From Octopus sinensis (lineage: Eukaryota): a DNA stretch of 64,000 nucleotides. The translations under genes were made by a program, and so were the position numbers. The DNA is taken from the NCBI RefSeq assembly GCF_006345805.1, contig NW_021835973.1, forward strand, positions 28,559 through 92,558, given 5' to 3'. Each line of letters starts with the position of its first letter. Position 1 is the stretch's first letter. Under the pieces are notes generated by a model. It had not been told where the DNA came from. It did not search any database and was given only the letters and a program-made list of their open reading frames with translations. Below, in pieces: positions 13,301 to 24,155 of the stretch.

Positions 13301-13548
13301 ACCATATGAGTGGAGAACCATCTAGAAAATTACATATTATAGAAATATTAAAATTAAAATAAACAATAATATATTGATGATTAAGTAAATTGCAAAATAT
13401 ACGTTTTTATTATTATTATTTTGCAATTTACTTAATCATTGGTATATTATTGTTATTTTAATTTTACTATTTCTATTATATGTAATTTTCTAAATGGTGT
13501 AATTTAATTGTTCATTTTGAATTGGTAAAAGGTGTTTTTTTTCTAATT

Positions 13549-13590
<42 letters not shown>

Positions 13591-16298
13591 ATGATCACGT
13601 GACCGACCAGACCATCAGATGTTGCTACACATCGCTGGTCACAATGCATTCGCATTGTTTTAGCCTTCGAACGACGCCACCCTGCTGGCTAAGCGAGCAG
13701 GCCAACAGAAGAAAGAGTGGTGAAAGAGTACAGCAGGGATCACCACCCCCTGCCGGAGCCTCGTGGAGCTTTTAGGTGTTTTCACTCAATAAACACACAC
13801 AATACCCAGTCTGGGAATCGAAACCGCGATCCTCCGACCACGAGTCCGCTGCTCTAACCACTGGGTCATTGCGCCTCCACATATATATATGTATATATAT
13901 AAGGAAACAACCACACTACCATACAACAATGATATAGGGATTGATATAGGTTAAAAGTCTTTTGCGTTTCTCTTCCACAGGTCACCTTGAATGGACAGAT
14001 AAATCTAAACGCCAATTCACAGTTGTGTGGCGTTCAAATGAAGAATGGGGGAAACTTATTTACAAATATGTAAGTCTTATTAATTATTATCACTCTGCAT
14101 TCTCCCTCCTAACCTCGATTAGGATTTCTCCCAAGCCAATGAAAAATAGCAGCCAAATGACACCCATGTCATATCCTACTACCTTAAAGAAAGGAAGGAT
14201 GCATTTCACAATCTAATTCCTGACACTTGAAAAAAAGTGTGACAGTCACAGCTGGAATGTCTTTGATTACAGGTGTGTTGGATGAGAACTCATCATCATC
14301 ATCATACATCCGTTTTCCATGCTGGCATGGGTTGGCCAGCTTGACAAGTTCTGGCAAGCTACAGGGCTGCAGCATCCTGGATAGAACTTCCAATATATTA
14401 TATCGATTTCTTAGTGTTACACTCCATCATGTCAATTTGTTTGTGCCACACTCCATGTGATATCTGTGACACACCTCTTCCATAATGTCTTATCTATGGC
14501 ATACTTCACCATGTTACTTTGCCTGTGACACACTCCAACATGATGTCTTGCCAGTTACGTAGTCCACCATAATGCCCATGATATCTCTGTGTTGATTTAT
14601 CTGTGACACACTCCACTATGACATACTTTGCCACACTGTCATGCCTGTGACATAGTCCATCAAGATGTCTGTGACAACTCCATGTTGCTTTATCTGACAC
14701 TGTCTGTGACATAGTCCATCAAGATGTTTGTGACACAGTCCATTATGTTGTCTGTCACACAGCATTATTTGACTGTCTGTGACACACTCCATGATGATGT
14801 CTAACACTCTGCCATGATGTCTTGTCTGTGACATAATCTACCAAAATGTCTGACACTCTATTATGTTGTCTGTGTCACTCAGCATTATGTTGACTGTGTC
14901 ACACTACATTATATTGTCTGTATCACAGCATTATGTTGACTGTGTGACATACTCTACCATGATGTTTTGACTGTGACACTCCATTATGTTGTCTGTGACA
15001 CACTCTGTTGTCTGTGATACACTCCATTATGTTGACATACTCCAGCATGATGTTTTGACTGTGACATTGTCTACCAAAATGTCTGTGACACTCCATGACG
15101 CACTCCATCATGATGTCTGTAACATCCTCCCCCATGATGTCTTGACTGTGACACACTTCCTACCCCAGTGACCCATATCTATGCCTTGGTTAGTCTGCAT
15201 TATTCTGTAGAGGACATTGGACTTCCTGGTTTCTCTGGCATATCATCCCCCCTGGATGGGGCACCAGTCCGTCACAGACACCTTCGCCTTATTTCCTCAG
15301 AAACAACTGCAAGCAATCCCCCATCCCTCGCCAAGAAAAATGGAATCAACCAACCAAATCACCTTATCACTTGGGTAGTAAGTGTTGTGTAATTTCTTCT
15401 ATTTTCAGATCACAGACAATGGAATGACTGACACAGTGTGTACTCTGTTTGAGTTGACCTCTGGTGAAGATACTGTAAATAAAGGTAAGTTGGCAGATAA
15501 AAGGGTTCATCATCATCATTTAACATCCGTCTTCCATGCATGCATGGGTAGGATGGTTGACAGGAACCAGCCAGGTAGATTACTGTGTCTGTTTTGGCAG
15601 GGTTTTTATGGCTGGATGCCCTTCCTAACACCAACCACTCTGCAGAGTGAACTCGGTGCTTTTTACGTGACAATAGGACGAAAGACCGAGACCTCTGGAG
15701 ATATGTTGTGACTGTGAATACCCAGCAAATAATATGAGTTCATGGCTGTATCTTACACCAGTTTTGCATAACCAGCCCCAGCCCATTCAAAAGTACCTTG
15801 GATCATAGGGCGACATGCTGTGCTTGAGGAGACCTATTGAGTCAAGTACAACAACATCAAAATGAAAATCAAATGGAAATTGTAGCTGTGATCCCCATGC
15901 CGGTGGCATGTAAAAAGCACCAACCGATCACGGCCTTTGTGTCTGTTTTGGCATGGTCTTTATGGCTGGATGCCCTTCCTAATACCAACCACTTTACACA
16001 GTTTATCCCTTTTCCTCCCAAAGTCTTTGTCTTGCTAAAGACACTGCCAATGCTCTAATCTGACATTTTACTGCTTTCCATGACCTTCCCAAATATTTCA
16101 ATTCGTTAACATGTCTCATTTTCTCCTCGGATGTTTCAATTAGATTACATTGGTTTCACTTTTACTATTTTTATCATTAATTTACTTGTCGTTAACGCGA
16201 TAATGAGCTGGCAGAATCGTTAGCATTACATTTGAAATCATTGAGAGAACACTGGTGTAGCCTTGGTGGAGGTTTGTGTTCTCTGAGTGTTCTTGTTA

Positions 16299-16336
<38 letters not shown>

Positions 16337-16978
16337 GAGTGAGAGAGCAGTGCATGCCATCAAAGGGACACTGGGCTAAAATATACGAAGCCCAGTATAC
16401 CCATCATGACTACCCATCTGATAAGGGTACACCAGGCACATGCATCACAACCATATGTGCGCGACATGGTGATCTCATATCAAGATAAACAGCGCATGAC
16501 CTCACAGGTGGGGCCCAGTTAGAATTTTCTTCTGGTCAAGTAACCCATCCCACTCAAAAGGTCCCTGAATAAGGCTTGTTTAAGGATGTTGAACGAACCA
16601 CCCATGATCCCAGAATTGAATTATCCAAACCCCAAAGAATCCCTCTCAACACATGGCTATGACGTTTCCCCCACTACTTCTGCTCGTGATCAGAGATGCA
16701 CATATCGTCAGCCACTAAGGGACATGGTCAACTGGTTAAGGTCAAACAACTGACAAGCAAATCTGTGGTATTGAGCAGAATATTTGCTGTAGCCCATCTT
16801 TTATACCAAGTATTATTATGATTATTATTATTATTATTATTTTTTATTTTGTATTTCTGTTGTAGAATTTCATGGACTTGAGAAACCGTTGTTGATCAAA
16901 GCCTTAAAGACTCTGGAGAACGAAGGTAAAGCAGAGTTGATGCTGACCGAAAGTATCGAAGGAGTGAAATTCTTCTAA
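7117..16978 (+). CDS. VPS25: Vacuolar protein sorting 25 (ESCRT-II subunit), six exons: join(7117..7166,10475..10620,13173..13226,13981..14069,15409..15484,16866..16978), 528 nt, 175 aa
   Basis: Manual splicing at GT-AG sites gives an uninterrupted frame: MAEFQWPWQYNFPPFFT-IQPNFDTRKKQLEAWCYLILDYCKYHKIYCLDVTESQGSVLFYNKKLN-RKLSTDSLMTILDELKKK-GHLEWTDKSKRQFTVVWRSNEEWGKLIYKY-ITDNGMTDTVCTLFELTSGEDTVNK-EFHGLEKPLLIKALKTLENEGKAELMLTESIEGVKFF*. Recognisable VPS25 hallmarks are N-terminal F.WPWQY.FPPFFT.QP, WR..EEWGKLIY, TL.ELT.GEDT..EFHGL and C-terminal GVKFF. Confidence 0.97.
7775..8049. mobile_element. MITE with 59-bp TIRs and 8-bp TSD (Merlin- or Mutator-like termini) in VPS25 intron 1
   Basis: Arms 7775-7833 and 7991-8049 match 57/59 as inverted repeats. 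Termini are GG...CC. GAAATATG flanks both sides (7767-7774 and 8050-8057). Confidence 0.88.
8480..9560. repeat. Degenerate about 120-bp repeat in both orientations (old DNA-transposon subterminal repeats)
   Basis: About 8590-8712 is an approximate inverted copy of about 9015-9135. Further partial copies lie near 8515-8550 and 9445-9560. Confidence 0.5.
9805..10430. mobile_element. Cluster of RTE-clade LINE 3' ends with (GAT)n tails, in opposite orientations
   Basis: Minus strand at about 10030-10110 reads LTEVTTNDRDLWQCAVIEKTYQAK*, an RTE-type ORF2 end. The shared 3' UTR ends ...GGAAAACGGACGTTAAATGATGATG. The same family occurs at about 60-635, 8735-8855, 14290-14390, 15510-15990 and 18625-18770. 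Confidence 0.75.
10475..10620 (+). CDS. VPS25: VPS25 exon 2
   Basis: Acceptor TTTCAG|G, IQPNFDTRKKQLEAW...NKKLN, donor C|GTATCCTTTC (phase 1). Confidence 0.95.
10640..10860. mobile_element. piggyBac-type MITE
   Basis: TTAA|CCCTTTCGTTAC ... GTAATGAAAGGG|TTAA, with TTAA at 10636-10639 and 10861-10864 and 11/12 TIR identity. Confidence 0.85.
11613..12000 (-). mobile_element. tRNA-derived SINE family B (internal microsatellite)
   Basis: Minus-strand tRNA-like head (GAGTGGCTGTGTGGTTAG...GGTTCAGTTCC). Multi-copy, also at about 12575-12897, 21150-21530, 27868-28263, 31235-31616, 41213-41632, 57785-58197, 60885-61205 and 62228-62665. Confidence 0.85.
12425..12520 (+). mobile_element. 3' tip of another RTE-like LINE
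   Basis: DLRNAMMDREVWRSMVNSIVSTTVGQ* followed by a (GAT)n tail. Confidence 0.6.
13173..13226 (+). CDS. VPS25: VPS25 exon 3
   Basis: Acceptor CGCCAG|GG, RKLSTDSLMTILDELKKK, donor AG|GTAAGT. Confidence 0.93.
13317..13498. repeat. AT-rich fold-back palindrome in VPS25 intron 3
   Basis: About 82-bp arms (13317-13399 and 13417-13498), roughly 90 percent complementary by eye, with a 17-nt spacer. Confidence 0.85.
13588..13880 (-). mobile_element. tRNA-derived SINE flanked by (TA)n
   Basis: Minus-strand head GTGGAGGCGCAATGACCCAGTGGTTAGAGCAGCGGACTCGTGGTCGGAGGATCGCGGTTTCGATTCCCAG with A and B boxes, followed by a non-tRNA body. Related heads occur at about 25540-25650, 56905-57025 and 60760-60880. 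Confidence 0.8.
13981..14069 (+). CDS. VPS25: VPS25 exon 4
   Basis: Acceptor TCTCTTCCACAG|, GHLEWTDKSKRQFTVVWRSNEEWGKLIYKY, donor |GTAAGT. Confidence 0.95.
14440..15155. repeat. Degenerate TGTGACA-based minisatellite in VPS25 intron 4
   Basis: About 15 TGTGACA cores embedded in TGTCTGTGACACACTCCAT(T/C)ATG-like units. Confidence 0.85.
15409..15484 (+). CDS. VPS25: VPS25 exon 5
   Basis: Acceptor ATTTTCAG|, ITDNGMTDTVCTLFELTSGEDTVNK, donor AG|GTAAGT. Confidence 0.95.
16338..16812 (-). mobile_element. Non-autonomous retroposon (family D) flanked by (ATT)n on both sides
   Basis: Minus strand ends ...CTCTCTCACTC followed by (AAT)n. Partial copies at about 23950-24340 and 26580-27003 are also embedded in ATT repeats. 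Confidence 0.7.
16866..16978 (+). CDS. VPS25: VPS25 exon 6 (coding part)
   Basis: Acceptor TTCTGTTGTAG|, EFHGLEKPLLIKALKTLENEGKAELMLTESIEGVKFF, TAA ending at 16978. Confidence 0.95.
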
Positions 16979-17328
16979 ACGAACAATCGCTTTGCTTTGC
17001 TCTTACCTGCATCCTAACATATGTATGCGTGTAATACATATGTAAGCGCACACACACACATACATTCATATACAAACACACACACACATTATATATATAT
17101 AGACTCAAACTCACATTTATGGGAAAGACTTTAGTTTGTATTCAGTCAATGTAACAACAACTAAGCTACCGTTCTTCTATGGAATTTGAACTGCTGAGGC
17201 TGGTACAACTAAAACTGCCGTATCAACTGCATGATAAAGAGAAGAAAAAACAAATGGCTTCATTTATAAACAGAACAAGCATTAATATATTGATATTGTA
17301 TAAAAACTGGTATGTCTTTCATGTTTAA

Positions 17329-17593
17329 CCCTTTTGCACTTAAACTGGCCACATCCGGCTCCAAATATATTCCGCCTGGTTTTTTTTTTTTTTTTTTTTC
17401 TTTTTTTTTATGTCCGGACCGGTCAGATCTGGGTTCTCACACCAACCTTACAAAGTCATTCTGAAAATATGCCACAGCATTCATCAGAAATCTTTGAAGC
17501 TATGAGATTGAGATTGAGATAATGCATGATTCATTGAAAACAATGGGAATAAGTAAGCGTTACATTTGACAGAATAATGTGAATGTTAAAGGG
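17329..17593. mobile_element. piggyBac-type MITE just downstream of the VPS25 stop
   Basis: TTAA|CCCTTTTGCA ... TGTTAAAGGG|TTAA. A related relic lies at about 12190-12350. Confidence 0.75.
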
Positions 17594-17789
17594 TTAACCT
17601 TGAGGTCACTTAAAGCATTCTGTTTGACCTGTGGGCAGGCATTTAAGGGCTGTTTGACCTGTGGGAAGATTCACTTAACCCAATTTCCATTATCATATTT
17701 CTGTTGAGATGTTCTGTGTTTGTGTCAATTTTTAAACATAAAAAAGAATTTAGTAAAATAACTTTATTATTATTATTATTATTATTATT

Positions 17790-18085
17790 ATATGTTTGAC
17801 TTTTGCTTTATATTTGTACAAGTTGGCTCCTCACCCAGAGACCTCAAGAGACACCAGGTTAGAAGTTTGTGATGTTGTTATGCCTAGTGTGCCATATATT
17901 TGGGGTTTTTTTGTGTTGTACTAGTGGATGTCTAAAAAAAAAAAAAAGAAAAAAGTTTGTTTTAAACCTTGAGATTACATAGAAAATATTTTGCGTAGGA
18001 TATGAGCAGTTCCCATGAGCACTATCTTTTGAATTTCTGCCATTTTTGGGTTTCCTGGTATCTGAGTTAGGTAGCAATCAGCCCC
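17790..18085 (-). mobile_element. R4/Dong-like non-LTR retrotransposon 3' end
   Basis: Minus strand LTQIPGNPKMAEIQKIVLMGTAHILRKIFSM*, then 3' UTR, then (TAA)n. (ATT)n tracts lie on both sides. A second 3' UTR copy is at about 30095-30235. Confidence 0.75.
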
Positions 18086-19499
18086 TATTATTATTATTAT
18101 TATTAAGCTGGTATTCAAGGTAGTGAGCTGGCAGACTCATTAGCAAGTCAGGCAAAATGCTTAACAGCATTTCATCCGTCCTTGTGTTCTGAGTTCAAAT
18201 TCTGCCAAAGTCAACTTTACCTTTCATCCTTTCAGGGGTCGATATATTAAGTACCAGTGAAACACCAGGGTCGATGTAATCGACTAGTCCCCTCCCCCCA
18301 AATTTCAGGTCTTGTGCCAGAGAGCTATACTAGGCCCCAGTTAATGTTAGGAACGTAAATTAACTCTAAAGTTTTGATGGAAGAACTTTTGGAAGCAAGA
18401 CATTTGTATTCAAGAGCCAGGGGTGGTCTCAGACTGGTTGGTATCGAAGGGGTTATTAAACAGAGTCTGTGTAAAACTGACCATCATTACACAGTAATAG
18501 CATCAACAACATAAGAAAATACAACAGACTTTTAACAATATCTGGGTTGGTTTTTTTTTTTTCCAAATATTTTGTTTTTCATTTTATATTTTGTTCTATT
18601 TATCATTATCATCATAATCATCATCATCATTTAACGTCTGTTTTCCATGCTGGCATGGGTTGGATGGTTTGACTAGAGCTATACCAGGCTCCTGTTGTCT
18701 GTTTTGGTGTGGTTTCGATGCCTTGATGCTCTTCCTAATGCCAGCCATTTTGCAGAGTGTACTGGGTGTCTCATATGTGGCACCAGTATGGGTGCCTCAT
18801 ATGTGGCACCAACATGGGTGCCTCATAAGTAACACCAGCACCAGTGCTTTTCATGTGGAACCAGCAAAGTTGTTTTTAACATGGCACCATCACAGGTACA
18901 TTTTTTTCTTTATTGAAATATTTCGACAATCCATTGTTGTGATGGTCATTACTGCCATTATTGCCATTGTCTTTGTATGACTTTGTGTTGATGTTGTCAT
19001 TGTTGTAGTAGTGATGGTCATGGCTTCTTTATCATCACCATTATCATCATCATCACAACAAAGAGGTTGGAAATACCATTTTCCTCAAGATTCCCTCTTG
19101 CATTTTACTCACTGTAAACCAATGATTGTACCCATATACTTGTCCCGTGCCGGTGGCATGTAAAAAGCATCATTCGGGCTTGGCTGTTGCCATTGCCACC
19201 TGATTGGTTCCTGTGACAGTGGAATGTAAAAAGCACCATTCAAGCATGGTCGATGCCAGTACCACCCGACTGGCCCTCGTGCCGGTGGCACATAAAAAGC
19301 ATCCACTATATTCTCGGAGTGGTTGGCATTAGGAACAGTATCCAGCTATAGAAACTTTGCTATATTAGATTGGAGCCTGGTGCAGCCTTCTGGCTTGCCT
19401 GCCCTCAGTAAAACCGTCCAACCCATGCTAGCATTGAAAGCAGACGTTAAACGACGACGATGATGATGATGATGACAACAGCAACTGTGCATATAGTCC

Positions 19500-19937
19500 T
19501 GGTACTTGTAAATGGCTCGGGTGATCAACGATAGCCTTGGTAGGATTTCAGAACAACCTGCTGTGCTTGAGGAGACCTATTGAGTCAAGTACATGAACAT
19601 TGAAATAAATATCAATGGAAATAGTAGTTGTGATACCTGTGCCGGTCCGGTGGCACGTAAAAAGCACCATCCGAACGTGGCCGATGCCAGCGCCGCCTTG
19701 ACTGGCTTCTGTGCCGGTGGCACGTAAAAAGCACCAACCAATCGTGGCCACTGCCAGACTCCCCTGGCACCTGTGCCGGTGGCACGTAAAAAGCACCCAC
19801 TACATTCACGGAGTGGTTGGCGTTAGGAAGGGCATCCAGCTGTAGCTGGTGCAGCCTCCTGGCTTCCCAGACCCCGGTGGAACCGTCCAACCCGTGCTAG
19901 CATGGAAAACGGACATTAAACGATGATGATGATGATG
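19500..19937 (+). mobile_element. RTE-clade LINE 3' end with internal tandem repeats
   Basis: Contains repeated GTGCCGGTGGCACGTAAAAAGCACC units and ends in (GAT)n. A similar copy is at about 19140-19475. Confidence 0.7.
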
Positions 19938-20225
19938 AAATGGCTTGGATAATGAGTGGTAGTTATGAGATTGACCTGTGGTTTCGTATAATGCATATGA
20001 CTAGTTACATGGTAACAAGATGTAAGAATTTTACTGGGCAGTGAAGCAGACTGAAGCTGTTACTAAGCAACCTGTTAATTGCCGTTGCTAGGTGACCCAA
20101 TTAAAGCTGGTTGGTAGGAATGCTGTTTATAGATCCAGACATGAAGAAAAATATTTTAAACACACATTAAATATGAAGGGAAACTGCTTGGAGTATGTAT
20201 GTGTGTGTGTATATGTGTTTGATAT

Positions 20226-20455
20226 GGCGAGCTGGCAGAATGGTTAGCACGCCGGGCGAAATGCTTTGCGGTATTTCGTCTGCCGTTGCGTTGTGAGTTC
20301 AAATTCCGCCGAGGTCGACTTTGCCTTTCTTCCTTTCGGGGTCGATAAATTAAGTACCAGTTATGCACTGGGGTCGATGTAATCGACTTAATACCTATGT
20401 CTGTCCTTGTTTGTCCCCTCTGTGTTTAGCCCCTTGTGGGTAATAAAGAAATAGA
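20226..20455 (+). mobile_element. tRNA-derived SINE family A
   Basis: GGCGAGCTGGCAGAATGGTTAGC (A box) ... GAGTTCAAATTCC (B box), then core GCCGAGGTCGACTTTGCCTTT..CCTTTCGGGGTCGATAAATTAAGTACCAG. More than 15 full or partial copies are in the window. Confidence 0.88.
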
Positions 20456-20543
20456 TATATATATATGTGTGTGTGTGTACATATATGTATGTGTATATAC
20501 GTGTGTGTATATATATATAAATGTGTGTGTGTGCATATATGTT

Positions 20544-20579
<36 letters not shown>

Positions 20580-20603
20580 ATTCTTAAACAAGAACATTAT
20601 TGA

Positions 20604-20678
20604 AAGTGACTTCGAAGTTTTGGCCAGCTAAGCTATCGTCCAACAATGGCTTAACTGGCCGATACTTCGAAGTCACTT
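20604..20678. repeat. 75-nt hairpin (33-bp stem, 9-nt loop); pre-miRNA-shaped or small palindromic MITE
   Basis: Arms 20604-20636 and 20646-20678 pair at 31 of 33 positions including two G-U pairs. Loop is CGTCCAACA. Confidence 0.8.
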
Positions 20679-21951
20679 GCTTAAGAATAACAAATTTGTA
20701 CTCTACAAAAGTATAGAGTAACGAATCAGATTAATATAAAAATGGCTTCTATTATAACTGAACACACACACACACACAGGTGCAGATGTAGCTGTGTGGT
20801 TAAGAAGCTTGCTTCGCAAACACATCGTTTTAGGTTCAGTCCCACCGTGTGGCACCTAGGGAAAGCGTCTTCTATTGTAGCCCCAGTAGAAGATCAAATG
20901 ACCCTGGTGGATGGAAACTGTGGAGGCCTGTCATATATTGTGTCAGTGTGTGGCTGTTATCCACCCCAACTAACTGATAACTGATGTAGGTTTGTTTGCG
21001 TCCTCGTAATTTGAATAAAGACTGGACTTATTCTTGCGTGGCTGTGTAGTAAAAGAATTGATTCTCAACTATATGGTTTCTGGGTCGATGAAAATCTTGT
21101 GAGTGAATTTGGTAAACGGAAACTGAAACGTCATGTGTGTATATATTTTTTTAATTCTTTTATTTGAGTCATTTGACTGTGGTCATGCTGGAGTACTGCC
21201 TTTAGTCGAACAAATTGACCCCAGGGCTCATTCTTTGGAAGCCTAGTACTTATACTATTGGTCCCTTTTTGCCGAACCGCTAAGTTACGAGGACGTAAAC
21301 ACACCAACATCAGTTGTCAAGCCATGGTGGTGGGGGACAGACAGACAGACACTCGCACACATATATATACATATATACGACGAGCTTCTTTCAGTTTCCG
21401 GCTATCAAATCAACTCACAAGGCTTTGGTCGGCCCAAGGCTATAGTAGAAGACACTTGCCCAAGATGCCATGCAGTGGGACTGAACCTGGAACCATGTGG
21501 TTGGTAAATAAGCTACTTACCACAGAGACATGCATGCGCCTATATTAATAATATTAGGCAGAAATAAGAGATCGAAGCCTCGTAAGTGGATTTGATAGAT
21601 GGAAACTGAAAGAAGCCCGTCATACCGGCTTGGCAAAAGTGGCCGATAGAATATGTTGCAGACTTCAAAAAGTCATTCGACTAAAAATTTCCTACACAGC
21701 CACGCAAGAATAAGTCAGGTCCTTATTCTATCGGTCTCTAAGGACGCAAACAAACCAACGTCAGTTGTCAATTGGTTGGGGTGGATAACAGCCACACGCA
21801 GACACAATATATATGACAGGCTTCAAAAACTCATTCGACTAAAAATTCTTCACGGCCGTGCCCCAGTCTGGCCGCAGCCTAATAACTGAAACAAATAAAA
21901 GATAAAAAGAAAAAAAATAATTGTATTTTCTGCAGCACACAACAGAGAAAC

Positions 21952-22342
21952 ATTCTTTTCTACTCTAGGCACAAGGCCCATCATTTTAGGGAGGGGCCAG
22001 TCGATTACATCGACTCCAATATGCAACTGGTACTTAATTTTTCAACCCCCCCCCCCAAAAAGGATGAAAGGCAAAGTCGACCTCGGCGGAATTTGAACTC
22101 AGAATGTAAAACCGGACGAAATACCTATTTCTCTACTACCCACAAGGGGCTAAACACAGAAGGGACAAACGGATTAAGTCGATTATATCGACCCCAGTGC
22201 GTAACTGGTACTTATTTAATCGACTCCGAAACGATGAAAGGCAAAGTCGACCTCGGCGGAATTTGAACTCAGAACGTATTGGCAGACGAAATACAGCTAC
22301 GTATTTCGCCCGGCGTGCTAACGTTTCTGCCAGCTCGCCGCC
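21952..22342 (-). mobile_element. SINE family A, dimeric form
   Basis: One head followed by two tandem core+tail units. Confidence 0.85.
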
Positions 22343-22690
22343 TTAAAATCCAGCCCGTGGTCCCAGCCTTGGATGAACCTTGAAACTAATGTTCAGGTCG
22401 TTTGGGCAATGCTGGCGGTATATTCTCCATATCGTACAAATGATGTACCTCTCGCAGCGGCGCTGGACAGAGTAGAGTTTCAAGGCCTTAAGGCGGTCCC
22501 AGTAATCGAGATCAGTCATGCCTTCAATTCGTTTAGTGAGTGCCCTCTGGGGTGATTCAATCCTCGAGATGTTTTGTTTTGTATGGGGAGACCACAAGGG
22601 GCAGCAGTATTCGAGGTGTGGCCGTACAAAGGAGGAGAAAAGTGGAATGATGACACCTTGTTCTCTGGACCGGATATATATATATATCGA
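22343..22690 (-). mobile_element. CR1/L2-like LINE ORF2 3' fragment
   Basis: VRPHLEYCCPLWSPHTKQNISRIESPQRALTKRIEGMTDLDYWDRLKALKLYSVQRRCERYII; RP.LEY...W.P and RL..L.L.SL..RR are CR1-group motifs. Confidence 0.85.
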
Positions 22691-23002
22691 ATGAATTATC
22701 CTATGTTTACCGTCAACATGGAAAATTCGATGAACCGATACCAGGGTAGCAAATTTACGTCAGAAACACGGTTGAAGCGACCTGTCCAAGGGTAGAAACT
22801 CCGGGTTCATGTGCAGAAATTTGTGTGTTATATATGAATAAGGATAAGATCGATAATTTAAAATAAAATAACGATTTTATCAAGTGGCCTGTATAGAAAA
22901 AAAATATGGACAACTAAGGTGGTTTTAGAGTCAGATCATGGCTGCTATTTTCAGCATGGTGGTATCTCGTAGATACCGTAATTTATAGTTTTAATATATA
23001 TA

Positions 23003-23231
23003 TATATACCAATTAAGGACTGAACACGAAAAGTGGACAGTCAACATGCTAGATATAGACGTCAAATCGCCATTCTCCACAAAGAGTATGTTCTCAAATA
23101 AAACTCAGCACAAGTTTTATTTTTGCTGAGTTTTATTTGAGAACATACTCTTTGTGGAGAATGGCGATTTGACGTCTATATCTAGCATGTTGACTGTCCA
23201 TTTTTCGTGTTCAGTCCTTAATTGGTATATA
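23003..23231. mobile_element. Near-perfect 229-bp palindrome (fold-back MITE) in a TA tract
   Basis: 108-bp arms (23003-23110 and 23124-23231) with one mismatch and a 13-nt spacer. Confidence 0.9.
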
Positions 23232-23319
23232 AAAATATTTTAATCTTCGGATTCTTTTTAATATGTTAGACCACTGGTTTTAATTGACTAATATCAATTT
23301 CTACCCTTAATTATTATAT

Positions 23320-23426
<107 letters not shown>

Positions 23427-23978
23427 GTATGTATGTACACGACGAGTTTCTTTCAGTTCCGTCTATCAAATCCATTCAAGGCTTTGGTTGGCCCGAGGCT
23501 ATAGGAGAAAAATAAGATGGCATACAGTAGGTCTGATCCCGGAACCATGTGGTTAAGAAGCAAGCGTCTTAGCGCACAGCAATTCTCGAACAAACAGCGA
23601 TTTTCCCAAAATATTGCGAAATTTATGTAGTCGCATTCAGCTATTTCTTAATAAACTCAGACAAATTTAGGTACACCACTTGTGTGTGTGTGTGTGCGTT
23701 TACGATGCACATTTTTATAGAGCGAGAAGAATGACTAATGCACGAGACAAACAAGCAGAGTTATGTACCTTGTATATATTCACATGGGCACAATCCTCTA
23801 TCGCAGATGGCAAAGACAAGCAGAGTTATGTACCTTATACTGTTAAATTTCTCTAACAGCACAACATTAAAGCAGAGACAGCTGAGAAGATATTAATTTG
23901 CTCCAGCACAACATTACAGATGTATGAGTGTAGAAATTCCAATGTACACGAGAGCCACTGCCTGGTACTGCATCAGGG

Positions 23979-24023
<45 letters not shown>

Positions 24024-24118
24024 ATTATTATCATCATTGTTGTTATTATTATTATTATTATTATTGTTTTTTCCTTCTTTCTTCAAATTTTCTTCCGTTT
24101 CTCGCCGAGTGTTTTCCA

Positions 24119-24155
<37 letters not shown>

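Noticed and set aside
13800-13880. tRNA-like sequences with A/B boxes (also about 25600, 56950, 60800 and SINE A heads)
   Set aside because: They continue into multi-copy SINE bodies and lack a proper cloverleaf and terminator, so they are SINE heads rather than tRNA genes.
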